From Burkholderiales bacterium (GTDB lineage: Bacteria; Pseudomonadota; Gammaproteobacteria; Burkholderiales; SG8-39): 64,000 nucleotides of DNA. The stretch covers positions 42,318-106,317 of the forward strand of contig DATNMK010000084.1 of NCBI GenBank assembly GCA_035602335.1, in the 5' to 3' direction. The position numbers and the translations under genes were made by a program. Below are positions 34,685 through 45,000 of this stretch, one piece after another. How positions within the stretch are numbered: position 1 is the first letter of the stretch; each line of letters begins with the position of its first letter. Below the pieces are notes generated by a model, which searched no databases, had not been told where the DNA came from, and saw nothing but the letters and a program-made list of their open reading frames with translations.

Positions 34685-36038
34685 TTGGCTTGAGCGGCTG
34701 CAGCGCCGCGCGGAAATCGCGCTTGATGCGCTCGAGCGCGGCCGAGGTATCGGCTTCGAAGCGGATCACGATCGCGGGAGTCGTATTGGAGGCGCGGGCG
34801 AGCCCGAAGCCGTCAGCATACTCCACGCGCACGCCGTCGATGGTGAGGATCCGCTCGGCCCCGGGAAAGGGCTTGGATGCCTGCAGCTTCGCCACCAGCG
34901 CATGCGGCTCGCCTTCCTCCAGCTTCCAGTGCAGCTCCGGGGTGGAGGGCGCGTTCGGCAGGCTCTTCAGGGCTTGGCTCGCATCCCTTTCCTTCGACAA
35001 GACTTCCAGCAGGCGCGCGCCGCCGTAGAGCGCATCGTCGAAGCCGTACCAGCGCTCCTTGAAGAAGGTATGCCCGGACATTTCGCCGGCGAGCAGGGCG
35101 CCGGTCTCCTTGAGCTTCGCCTTGATGAGCGAGTGCCCGGTCTTCCAGATGGTCGGCTTGCCGCCGTGACGCTCGATCCACGGCGCGAGCAGCCGTGTGC
35201 TCTTCACGTCGAAGATGATCTCCGCGCCCGGGTTGCGCGCCAGGACGTCCTTGGCAAGCAGCATCAGCTGGCGATCCGGATAGATGATTTCGCCGTCCTG
35301 GGTGACTACGCCCAGGCGGTCGCCGTCGCCGTCGAAAGCGAGACCGAGTTCGCTCTTTCCGGTCTTCAGTTTCTCGATCAGCTCTGCAAGATTCTCGGGC
35401 TGCGAAGGGTCGGGGTGATGGTTCGGAAAGCGGCCGTCGACCTCGCAATAAAGCTCCTCGACCTCGCAGCCCAGCCGGCGGTAGAGCCGCGGCGCGAGCA
35501 TGCCGGCGACGCCGTTGCCGCAGTCGACCGCGATGCGGAACGGCCGTGCCAGCTTCACGTCGGCTGCGATGCGCTCGACGTAGGCATCGAGGACATTGGC
35601 GCTGCTGCGCTTGCCGCTTCCCTTGCTCAGCTTGCCCGCTTCGATCCGGCGGCGCAGCTCCTGCACGTCTTCGCCCCACAGCGTGTTACCGGCAATCACC
35701 ATCTTGAGGCCGTTATAGTCCGGCGGGTTGTGGCTGCCGGTGATCGCGACACAGCTGCCGCAGCCGAGGTGGTGGGCGGCGAAATAGGCCACCGGCGTTG
35801 GCGCCATGCCGATGTCGATGACGTCGGCGCCCGCGCTGAGCAAGCCCTCGGTCAGCGCCGCAGCCAGCTCGGGCCCTGACAGCCGGCCGTCGCGCCCGAG
35901 CGCGTAAGTGGGTGCGTTGCGCTCGCGCCCGAGCGAGCCGAGCGCGCGGCCGATCTCGCGCACGATCGCGGGCGTCAGGGTGCGGCCGACGATGCCGCGG
36001 ATATCGTAGGTGCGAAAAATTTCGGCAGGAACGTTCAC
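34665..36038 (-). CDS. Phosphomannomutase/phosphoglucomutase
   Basis: IFRTYDIRGIVG...AITGSHNPPDYNGLK...FDGDGDRLGVV...GEMSGH. Confidence 0.9.
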   Translation of the reverse strand: MNVPAEIFRTYDIRGIVGRTLTPAIVREIGRALGSLGRERNAPTYALGRDGRLSGPELAAALTEGLLSAGADVIDIGMAPTPVAYFAAHHLGCGSCVAITGSHNPPDYNGLKMVIAGNTLWGEDVQELRRRIEAGKLSKGSGKRSSANVLDAYVERIAADVKLARPFRIAVDCGNGVAGMLAPRLYRRLGCEVEELYCEVDGRFPNHHPDPSQPENLAELIEKLKTGKSELGLAFDGDGDRLGVVTQDGEIIYPDRQLMLLAKDVLARNPGAEIIFDVKSTRLLAPWIERHGGKPTIWKTGHSLIKAKLKETGALLAGEMSGHTFFKERWYGFDDALYGGARLLEVLSKERDASQALKSLPNAPSTPELHWKLEEGEPHALVAKLQASKPFPGAERILTIDGVRVEYADGFGLARASNTTPAIVIRFEADTSAALERIKRDFRAALQPLKPNAPLPY

Positions 36039-36973
36039 GCGCTTAAGAATTCGAGCAGGCGGCGCGGTAGCCAGTCATGCCGGCCCGGGAATGGGCCGGC
36101 GAGGAATCCGGCATGGCCGCCAGTGCGCGGAAATTCTAGCACCAGCGATGGCGCCGCATTTTGCACCGCGGCGAGCAGCTCATGCTCCGGAAGGAAGGGG
36201 TCGTTGCGCGCATTCAGCACGAGCGTCGGCACACGCACGCGCTCGAGCCACGGCCCGCTCGATGCGCCGCGCCAGTAATCGTCGGCGTCGCGGTAGCCGT
36301 GCAGCGGTGCGGTGACGGTGCCGTCGAATTCGCGGAAGGTGCGCGCCGTGCGCACCTTCGCGGCGTCGTAGAGACCGGGGAAGACCTCGAGCTTGGCGAG
36401 CGACTTGGGCTTCAGCGTGGAAAGGAAATGGCGCGTGTAGATCTCGCGATTGATGCCGCGGTCGAGCGCGCGGCCCGCGGCGCTCAAGTCGATCGGCGCG
36501 GAAACCGTGGCTGCACGGCGCACGATGGCCCGCGCCGCCTCGCCGCGCTCGCCGAGCCATTTGAGAAGCGCGTTTCCGCCGAGCGAAATTCCGACCACAT
36601 ACAGATCCTGCTTCAGTTTTTTCAGAATCCAGTCGACTTCCTCGCTGTCACCGGAGTGATAAGCTCGCGGCCTGCGATTCGGCTCGCCGGAGCAACCACG
36701 CCAGTGCGGCAGCGCGAGCCGCCAGCCGCGCGCAACCACGTGGGCAGCGAAAGCGCGGGCGTAGTGGCTGTCCGAGCAGCCCTCGAGGCCGTGAAACAGC
36801 ACCAGCAGGCGCGACGCAGCCCGATCGCCGGCAAAGTCGACGTCGATGAAATCGCCGTCGGGTGTTTCCCAGCGCTGCCGTTCCAGCGCGACGCGCTCCG
36901 GCGGATGCAGCGAGGGGTATATCGTCTGCAGGTGTCCGCCCGGCAGCCACCAGGGAGCGGCGTAGCCGTTCAA
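36035..36973 (-). CDS. Alpha/beta-fold hydrolase (YheT-like)
   Basis: MNGYAAPWWLPGGHLQTIYPSL...LVLFHGLEG...VGISLGGNALLKWLGE. Confidence 0.7.
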   Translation of the reverse strand: MNGYAAPWWLPGGHLQTIYPSLHPPERVALERQRWETPDGDFIDVDFAGDRAASRLLVLFHGLEGCSDSHYARAFAAHVVARGWRLALPHWRGCSGEPNRRPRAYHSGDSEEVDWILKKLKQDLYVVGISLGGNALLKWLGERGEAARAIVRRAATVSAPIDLSAAGRALDRGINREIYTRHFLSTLKPKSLAKLEVFPGLYDAAKVRTARTFREFDGTVTAPLHGYRDADDYWRGASSGPWLERVRVPTLVLNARNDPFLPEHELLAAVQNAAPSLVLEFPRTGGHAGFLAGPFPGRHDWLPRRLLEFLSA

Positions 36974-37404
36974 TGCAGGATCTTCGGCGGCGCGTCGCGC
37001 GGCGCGGCTTCGGGCTGCGCGGGGGCGGGCGAGGCGTGGTGCACGATCATGCGCCAGCCTGCCGGCGTGCGCAGGTACACGTTGGTCGCAATCACCGGCG
37101 GCCGCGGGCGCGGGTCGCCTTGGACGGTGAAATTCTCGTGCACGCTATGAACGGCGATCATCATTCCGGAAATCGCCACCGGGTGGCTGATCTGCACCCG
37201 CGCGCCGGGCCCGCCGGCAAAGATCTTCGCCCAGCTCTCGCGCACCTGGTCCTGTCCGGTAAGGCGCGGGCCCGTGGGATGGATGCAGACGATGTCCTCG
37301 TCCTCGGCCCACACCGCCATCATGCCGTCGAGGTCGCAGCGCTCGAGCGCCTCATAGAAGGCGTTCTCCGCATCCTGGGCAGTCGCGAAGATCCGGTTGC
37401 TCAT
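36970..37404 (-). CDS. SnoaL/DUF4440-like NTF2-fold protein
   Basis: MSNRIFATAQDAENAFYEALERCDLDGMMAVWAEDEDIVCIHPTGPRLTG. ATGA overlaps on both sides. Confidence 0.6.
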   Translation of the reverse strand: MSNRIFATAQDAENAFYEALERCDLDGMMAVWAEDEDIVCIHPTGPRLTGQDQVRESWAKIFAGGPGARVQISHPVAISGMMIAVHSVHENFTVQGDPRPRPPVIATNVYLRTPAGWRMIVHHASPAPAQPEAAPRDAPPKILH

Positions 37405-38357
37405 AGGGCGCGAATCTCGGCGAGCACGCGCTCTACCGACATGTCCTTCATGCAGCGGAAATGCCCGAGCGGACACTCGCGCGCGTAGCAGGGGCTGCAA
37501 TCGAGGTGCAGCCAGACGACGCGCGCCGCAGGCGAAGCGGGCGGTGTGTGCTCGGGGCTCGATGAGCCGAAAAGCGCCACCTGCGGCCGGCCGAGCGCAG
37601 CCGCGATGTGCATCAGGCCGGAATCGTTGCTCACCACCAACGCTGCACCGGCGATGAGCTCGATGGCTTCGTCCAGCGTCGTCTTGCCGATGAGATTGTT
37701 TCCTGCAATACCAGCGCTCGTCTCGCGGTCATTGCCAGAACCCAGAAGAACGACCTGCATGCCGAGGCGCTGCGCGAGCTCCTTGAAGTAGGGCCAGCGC
37801 TTTGCCGGGCCGTACTCCGCGCCCGGGCACAGCACGGCATAGCGGCCCTCGAGCCCGAAGCGGCGCGTGGCGGCCGCTACCTCGCCCGCCTCGGCGCGCA
37901 GCCGCGGCGCCGGCAGCGGCTCCTTCGGCGCCTTGCCCGGCGCTTCCGACAGGCGCGCGTAATGCAGCGCCATCGCCGCCGGCTGCTTCTTGTACAGCAG
38001 ATTCAGCAGGCCATAGCGCGACTCGCCGACATAGCCGCTGCGCAGCCGGATGTCGGCGAAAAAAGGCACCAGCGCCGACTTCCAGGTATTCGGCAGCACG
38101 ATCGCCTGCTCGTAGCCGTGGCTCTTCAGCGCACGGCCCAGCTTCCAGCGGCTGCGCAGCTGCAGCGCGCCATGCTGAAAAGGGCTGGTGATGACTTTGC
38201 TGACCTCGGGCATGCGCCGCGCGACCGCCGCCACCCATTCGGGCGCGAGCACGTCGATTTCGGCGCCGGGCAGTTTCTCGCGCAGCCGCGCGAGAAGGGG
38301 CTGCGCCATGAGGGCGTCGCCGATCCAGTTGGGTGCGACGACGAGAATGCGGAGCAA
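37401..38357 (-). CDS. waaF: ADP-heptose:LPS heptosyltransferase II
   Basis: MLRILVVAPNWIGDALMAQPLLARLRE...AVLCPGAEYGPAKRWP...VSNDSGLMHIAAALG. Confidence 0.85.
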   Translation of the reverse strand: MLRILVVAPNWIGDALMAQPLLARLREKLPGAEIDVLAPEWVAAVARRMPEVSKVITSPFQHGALQLRSRWKLGRALKSHGYEQAIVLPNTWKSALVPFFADIRLRSGYVGESRYGLLNLLYKKQPAAMALHYARLSEAPGKAPKEPLPAPRLRAEAGEVAAATRRFGLEGRYAVLCPGAEYGPAKRWPYFKELAQRLGMQVVLLGSGNDRETSAGIAGNNLIGKTTLDEAIELIAGAALVVSNDSGLMHIAAALGRPQVALFGSSSPEHTPPASPAARVVWLHLDCSPCYARECPLGHFRCMKDMSVERVLAEIRAL

Positions 38358-38360
38358 CGC

Positions 38361-38552
38361 TTAATGACCTTTTACGGGTACGCCCTTATAGACGTACTTC
38401 GTGCCGCAATACGGGCAAAGCACTTCGCGCTCCTTGGCGACATCGAGGAACACGCGCGGATGACGCGACCAGAGAGGCGCTCCCGGCAGCGGGCAATGCA
38501 ATGGCAGGTCCTTTTCGGTTACTTCGACCACGCGGGCGCTATCGGTGCTCAC
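38361..38552 (-). CDS. Small zinc-finger (zf-CHCC-like) protein, 63 aa
   Basis: (GTG) STDSARVVEVTEKDLPLHCPLPGAPLWSRHPRVFLDVAKEREVLCPYCGTKYVY. GTGA overlap with ilvE. Start inferred. Confidence 0.55.
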   Translation of the reverse strand: MSTDSARVVEVTEKDLPLHCPLPGAPLWSRHPRVFLDVAKEREVLCPYCGTKYVYKGVPVKGH

Positions 38553-39514
38553 CGTTTTTTTTCGGCCACCGGGGTGAGCCAATGACGGTGCTTCTTGTCC
38601 TTGCCGCTGACCACGCCAAAGAACGCTTTCTGGATCGCCTTGGTGACCGGCCCGGCCTTGCCTTCGCCGATGCTGCGTCCGTCGAGCTCGCGGATCGGCG
38701 TCACCTCGGCCGCGGTGCCGGTGAAGAAGCATTCGTCGGCGATGTAGATGTCATCGCGCGTCAGGCGCTTTGCCCCTACCTTGTAGCCCAGCCCTTCGGC
38801 CAGCTCGATCACCGAGGAGCGGGTGATGCCTGTGAGCGCCGAAGTGAGCTCGGGTTCCCAGATTTTTCCATCTTTAACTACAAAAATATTTTCTCCTGCA
38901 CCTTCCGCGACGAAGCCGTCCACATCGAGCAGCAGGCCTTCGTCGTAGCCATGCTGCGTCGCCTCGAGCGTCGCGAGCACCGAGTTCGGATACGTGCCCG
39001 ACATCTTGGCGCGCGCCATGGTGACGTTGATGTGGTGGCGCGCGTAGGAAGAGGTTTTGACGCGGATGCCCTGGGTGAGGGCGTCGGGCCCGAGATAGGC
39101 GCCCCAGGGCCAGGCGGCGATGGCGACATGCACCCTGGCGCCGACCGGCGACACACCCATCTTCTCGGAGCCGTAGAAGGCGATCGGACGGATGTAGCAG
39201 GCGTCGTGCTTGTTCGCCCGCACGACCTCGATCTGCGCCTGCATCAGGTCTTCCCGCGCGAACGGGATCTTCATCATGTAGATATGCGCCGAGTTGAACA
39301 GGCGATCGGTATGCTCCTTGAGGCGGAAGATCGCCGTGCCGATCTCGGTCTTGTACGCCCGCACGCCCTCGAACACCGCCAGCCCGTAGTGCAGCGAATG
39401 CGTCAGGACGTGGGTCGTGGCCGAGCGCCACTCCACGAGCTTCCCGTCGTACCAGATCGAGCCGTCGCGATCCGCCATGGAAAGCGGGCCGCGCGCGCCT
39501 TTGGCTTGCGCCAT
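38549..39514 (-). CDS. ilvE: Branched-chain amino acid aminotransferase
   Basis: MADRDGSIWYDGKLVEWRSATTHVLTHSLHYGLAVFEGVRAY... The true start may be the internal ATG at 39478. Confidence 0.9.
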   Translation of the reverse strand: MAQAKGARGPLSMADRDGSIWYDGKLVEWRSATTHVLTHSLHYGLAVFEGVRAYKTEIGTAIFRLKEHTDRLFNSAHIYMMKIPFAREDLMQAQIEVVRANKHDACYIRPIAFYGSEKMGVSPVGARVHVAIAAWPWGAYLGPDALTQGIRVKTSSYARHHINVTMARAKMSGTYPNSVLATLEATQHGYDEGLLLDVDGFVAEGAGENIFVVKDGKIWEPELTSALTGITRSSVIELAEGLGYKVGAKRLTRDDIYIADECFFTGTAAEVTPIRELDGRSIGEGKAGPVTKAIQKAFFGVVSGKDKKHRHWLTPVAEKKR

Positions 39515-39551
39515 GCGTTCGTCTCCCTGCGGGCTTAAAGACTTATTTTAT

Positions 39552-42062
39552 CTAATATGAGGGGATGATCCTCCACAGCTCGCGCACTGCGGCGACGTGC
39601 CCGGCCACCGGCGCGGGCGGGACGCGCGCGTACTGCGCGCCGTTCAGGCGCAGCGCGTGCTGGAGGCGGCGGTACTCGCGGTAGGCGACCCGCGAGCGCT
39701 CGGCGAGCTCTTTCGGCAGCAGGCCGAGCTCGGCCGCCATGCCGAGCAGCGCGATGTTGCCGAGATTTTTCGTAAGAGAAGAAAACCGGTGCGCATGCGC
39801 AAGCACCAGGTACTGCACCGTGAACTCGATGTCGATCATGCCGCCGGCATCGTGCTTGATATCGAACAGCCCGGACCTGTTCGGGTGCGCGGCGTGCATC
39901 TTTTCGCGCATCGAGTGAATCTCGCGAGCAAGCAGCGGGAGATCTCTTTGCCGCTTCAAGACCTCTTCCCGAATTGCTTCAAACTTCTCACCCACCCGCT
40001 TGTCCCCGGCGGAATAGCGCGCGCGGGTGAGCGCCTGCTGCTCCCAGACCCAGGCGTCGTGCTTCTGGTAGCGTGCGAACGCCTCGATCGAGGTCACCAG
40101 CAGCCCCGCAGCGCCGCTCGGCCGCAACCGCAGGTCGGTGTCGAACAGCACGCCGGCCGAAGTGTGGCTGCCCAGCCAGTTGTTGAAGCGCTGCGCGAGG
40201 CGCGCGTACGTCTCCGGCGCCTGCTCGTGCGCATCGTCGTACACGAAGATGATGTCGAGGTCCGAGGCATAGCCGAGCTCCTTGCCGCCGAGCTTGCCGT
40301 AGCTGATCACCGCGAAGCGCGGCGGACCAGCGAGGTGGCGTGTGGGCAGCTCGCCCCATACCTGCTCCAGCGAGATCTCGAGAATCAGGTCCGCCAGCGC
40401 GGACAGACGGTCGGCGAGCCGCTCGACGGTGAGCAGCCCGGCGAGGTCCTGCGCAAGCAGCCGGAACACCTGCGCCTGGTGCATCTCGCGCAGCACGTTC
40501 ATGCGACGCTCGGCGTCACCCTGATGCGCGGCGAGCTGGGAGCGCAGCTGGCGCGCAAAGTCTTCGAGGTCGGGCGACGCGTAGAGAAGGCGGTCGTCGA
40601 GCAGCTCGTCGAGCAGCAGCGGATGGCGCGTCACGAACTCGGCCGCCCAGCTGGAGGCGCCGATGATGCGCGCGACGCGCTCGAGCGCGTCCGGGTTCTC
40701 GGCCAGCAAGGCGAGGTATGCCGCGCGGCTCGCGATCGCTTCCACGAGATCGACGCCGCGCGTAAGCGTGGCCTGCGGATCGGGCGTGGCCGCGCTTGCC
40801 TTCGCGAGCGCCGGCACCAGCATGTCGAGCCGGCGCTTGGAATCGGCAGGAAGTGCCGCGTAGCGCTGACTGGAGCGCAAGGCGTCGAGCCGCGGATGCT
40901 CGGGCCAGGGCGCGGGTTCCGCGTCGCGTTCGGCGAACACGTTTTCGAAATGGCGCGACACCGCTTCGCGTACCGACTGCAGGCGGGCCGAGAAAGCCTG
41001 CCAGGAGGCGAAGCCGGCCATCTTCGCCAGGCGCGCTCGATCCTCGTCGTCTTCCGGCAGGTCGTGGCGCTGCGCGTCGTCGAGGTACTGCAGCCTGTGC
41101 TCGACCTCGCGCAGGAACACGTAGGCTTGCGAGAGCTCGCGCGCGGCTTCGGCAGGCAGCATGCGCCGCTCGGCAAGCCGCTCGAGCGCTTCCCGCGTAG
41201 GCCGGATGGCGAGCGCCGGATCGCGCCCGCCGCGGATCAGCTGCAAGGCCTGCGTTACGAACTCGATCTCGCGGATGCCGCCCGGGCCGAGCTTGACGTG
41301 GTCGGCGAGCTCGCGCCGCGCCACCTCGCGGCGCACTTCGGCATGTAAACGCCGCATCGCGCCGAGCGTTGCATAGTCGAGGTACTTGCGGAAGACGAAG
41401 GGCCGCACGATTTTCATCAGTTCTTCGTGGTGCGAGCCGGTGAGCGGCCGCGCCTTCAGCCAGGCATAGCGTTCCCACTCACGCCCATGCGCGATCAGAT
41501 AGGTTTCCAGGGAATCGAAGCTGCAGACGAGCGGCCCCGAGTCGCCGAACGGCCGCAGACGCGTGTCGACGCGGAAAGCGAAGCCGTCCTCGGTGGGCTC
41601 GGCGAGCAGACGGATCAGTTTCTTGCCCAGCGTCTCGTAGCGCTCCTGCTGATCCCCCGCGCCCGGGTAGAGAAAGACGAGATCGATGTCGGAGGAAACG
41701 TTGAGCTCGCGGCCGCCGAGCTTGCCCATGCCCACTACGACCAGGTCTGCGGCGCCGAGCCAGCGCAGCGCGGTCGAAATCTCGAGCTCCGCAAGGTCGC
41801 TCATCGCGCCGCAGACCTCGTCCAGGCTTGCGCGCCGCGACAGGTCGCGCGCCATGACGCGCAGCAGGACCCGCTGCCTCAGCCAGCGCAGCCGGCGCTT
41901 CAGGCTCGCTTCGTCATCGTGCTGCGCGCCCTCGAGCGCGCGCGCCATTTCGTCGCGCGCGAAGGCTGCGGGATCGGCGATTTCGCCGGCCAGCTCGGGA
42001 CGCGCCGCTAGGAGCCGCGCGGCGTAGCGTGAACAGGCGAGTTCCTCAATCGGTTCCGACAT
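39552..42062 (-). CDS. glnE: Glutamine synthetase adenylyltransferase / adenylyl-removing enzyme
   Basis: Two nucleotidyltransferase modules (VVVGMGKLGGRELNVSSDIDLVFLY and AVISYGKLGGKELGYASDLDIIFVY). 836 aa. Confidence 0.9.
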   Translation of the reverse strand: MSEPIEELACSRYAARLLAARPELAGEIADPAAFARDEMARALEGAQHDDEASLKRRLRWLRQRVLLRVMARDLSRRASLDEVCGAMSDLAELEISTALRWLGAADLVVVGMGKLGGRELNVSSDIDLVFLYPGAGDQQERYETLGKKLIRLLAEPTEDGFAFRVDTRLRPFGDSGPLVCSFDSLETYLIAHGREWERYAWLKARPLTGSHHEELMKIVRPFVFRKYLDYATLGAMRRLHAEVRREVARRELADHVKLGPGGIREIEFVTQALQLIRGGRDPALAIRPTREALERLAERRMLPAEAARELSQAYVFLREVEHRLQYLDDAQRHDLPEDDEDRARLAKMAGFASWQAFSARLQSVREAVSRHFENVFAERDAEPAPWPEHPRLDALRSSQRYAALPADSKRRLDMLVPALAKASAATPDPQATLTRGVDLVEAIASRAAYLALLAENPDALERVARIIGASSWAAEFVTRHPLLLDELLDDRLLYASPDLEDFARQLRSQLAAHQGDAERRMNVLREMHQAQVFRLLAQDLAGLLTVERLADRLSALADLILEISLEQVWGELPTRHLAGPPRFAVISYGKLGGKELGYASDLDIIFVYDDAHEQAPETYARLAQRFNNWLGSHTSAGVLFDTDLRLRPSGAAGLLVTSIEAFARYQKHDAWVWEQQALTRARYSAGDKRVGEKFEAIREEVLKRQRDLPLLAREIHSMREKMHAAHPNRSGLFDIKHDAGGMIDIEFTVQYLVLAHAHRFSSLTKNLGNIALLGMAAELGLLPKELAERSRVAYREYRRLQHALRLNGAQYARVPPAPVAGHVAAVRELWRIIPSY

Positions 42063-42099
42063 CTACGGTTAAAATGAAAGTTTGAAACTCAATTCCACC

Positions 42100-45000
42100 A
42101 TGAAGCCGCTGTGGCGAGCCATTGAAGCGCTCGCCTGGAGTGCATTCTTTGCCTTTGCGGCGCTGGTGCTCGCGTTGCGCTTCTGGCTGCTGCCGGACAT
42201 CGAGCGCTATCGCGGCGAGATCGTCGCGGCGATCGAGCGCACCGTCGGCCTGCCGGTCAAGATCGCCGGCATCGAGGCAGGATGGCTCGGCCTGCGGCCG
42301 CAGATCAACCTCTCCGAGGTGCGCGTCTACGATCACCAGGGCCGCGAAGTTCTGGCGTTGCCTGCGATCCGCAACGTCGTGTCGTGGCGCTCGCTGCTGC
42401 ACGGCGAGCTGCGGTTGCACTCGCTCGCCATCGACGGGCCGCGCCTCGACGTGCGCCGCGACGCCAGCGGCGCGCTGTTCGTCGCCGGCATGAAGCTCGC
42501 GGACGACGGCGAACGCCGCTTTACCGACTGGCTGCTTGCGCAGAAAGAGATTGTCATCAGCAACGCCGAGATCGAGTGGCGCGACGAGAAACGCGCCGCG
42601 CCGCCGCTGGCGCTTTCGGCGCTGAACCTGCGCCTGCGAAATTCGGGCGACGAGCATTCTATCGGGCTCACGGCGCGTCCGCCGGAGGCGCTCGGCTCGA
42701 CGTTCGAATTGCGCGCCGAGCTGGGAGGCCGCAGCGCAAGCGTCCTCGCGGCCTGGAATGGCCGCTTGTACGCGCAGCTCGGCTACACCGATCTGGCGGC
42801 CTGGCGGCCGTGGATCGACTACCCGCTGGATGTGCGTGAAGGGCAGGGGGCGCTTCGCGTCTGGGCTACGCTCGAAAATGGCCGCGTGCAGGAGGGCACG
42901 GCAGACGTCGCGCTCGCGCACGTCGTCGTGCGCTTGGCCAGCGATCTCGCGCCGATCGAGCTCGCGTCGGTGCAAGGTCGCCTGCGGGGCCGCACGCGCC
43001 GCGACGGCTATGAATTTAGCGGTCGCGGGGTCATGCTCGCCGCCGAGCACGGACCCGCCATCTCGGCCACCGACTTCCAGCTCAGCCTGAAGCCGGGAGC
43101 GACGAGCGCCGATGCCTCGGGCATGGCAGCGGCGAGTTCTCTCGAGCTCGAGCCGCTCTCGCAACTCGCCGCCGCGCTGCCCCTGCCCGCGGAGCTGCGC
43201 GGGCTCCTGGCAGAGCTGGCGCCGCGCGGCCGCCTGCTCGACGCGAAGCTGGAGTGGAGCGGCGAGCTCCCCGCGCCCAAGCGCATCGCGGCGCGCGGCC
43301 GCTTCGCCGACCTCGGCATGCGGGCGCACGGCGCCATGCCGGGATTCGCGGGGCTGTCGGGCAGCATCGAGGCGACCGAGGCCAAGGGCAGCGTAGTGCT
43401 CGCCGCGCGCAAGGCCGAGCTCGATCTTCCGCGCGTGTTTCCCGAGCCGCGCATCCCGCTCGACATGCTGAACGGGCGCATTGAATGGGAGCGTCATGGC
43501 GAGCGCCAGTTTGCGGTGCGCGCGCCTTCGCTCAGCTTCTCCAACGCCGATCTCAGCGGCAACGCCTTCGGCAGCTACGCGTACACGGGCAGCGGCCCCG
43601 GCACGATCGACCTCTCGGCGCAGCTGAACCGCGTCGACGGCGCGCAAACGGCGCGCTACCTGCCGCTGCCGGAGATCATGGGCAAGGCGACGCGCGATTG
43701 GCTCGCGGGCGCGATCATCTCCGGGCAGGCGAGCGACGTACGGCTGCGCCTCAGAGGCGACCTGCATGATTTTCCTTTTATCGATCCTGCCAAGGGTCAG
43801 TTCCTGGTTTCGGCGCGCGTGGAAAAGGGCGTGCTCAACTATGCCAACGGCTGGCCGCGCATCTACGATATAGGAGCCGAGCTGCTGTTCGAGCGCGACA
43901 AGATGGAGATCGTCGGACGCAGCGGCACGCTGCTCGGCGCGCAGCTCACGAACGTGCGCGTCAGCATTCCGAGCATGCTCGCCCACGCGCCGCTCGTGCT
44001 AATCACCGGCCAGGCGGACGGCGCCACCAACGACTTTCTCAGATACATCGACGCTACGCCGGTGAAGCGCATGATCGGCGGCTTCACCGATCCGATGAGC
44101 GCGGTCGGTCGAGGCAAGCTGCGCCTCAAGCTCGAGCTGCCGATCACCCACCTCGCGGCGACGAGGGTCGCGGGCGAGTACGAGTTCGCCAACAACAACC
44201 TCACCGTGCATCCGCAGTTGCCGCCGATCGAGCGCGCCACCGGCAAGCTCATGTTCACCGAGTCCACGCTCACAGTGCACGACGTGCGGGGGCGCCTGTT
44301 CGGCGGCCCGCTTGCCGTCAGCGGCGGCTCGCGCCCTGGCGGCGACGGTATCGAGGTGGTCGCAAGAGGCGAGGCGACGCCGGCCGGCGTGCGGTCTGTC
44401 TTCGACCATCCCTGGCGTCGCTTCCTGAGCGGCGCGGCCTCTTACAGCGCTACTCTGCTGGTGCGCGAAGGGCGCACGCGCATCACCATCGAGTCGCCGC
44501 TGCGCGGCATTGCGAGCGCGCTGCCGGCGCCGCTCGCCAAAGCCGCGGCCGATACGCTGCCCTTGCGTGTCGAGGTGATTCCCGCCGAGGGCGGCGCGCG
44601 CGACCGCATCTCCGTCGCGCTCGGCAGCCTTGCCGCCGCGGAATTCGCCCGCCGCCGCCAGGGCGAGGCGATGGTCGTGCAGCAAGCGGGAATCTGGCTG
44701 ACGCCGAGCGGTGAGCAACCGGTGCGGTTTCCGGAGCAGCCGGGCACGCTGATTTACGGCTCGCTCGCCGCGCTCAACGTCGACCGCTGGATTGCGGTAG
44801 CGACCAATGACGTCGCCGGCGCCGATGCCATCGACCTAGATGTGAAGATCGGCGCGCTGGACGTTTACGGCAAGCGGATCAACGAGGTCTCGATGCGCGG
44901 TGGCGTCGATGCCGCCGGCTGGTCTGTGATGCTGACCGCCAGGGAGCTTGCCGGGAACCTGTCCTACCGTAGCGGCCAGCTGATCGCGCGGCTCACGCAT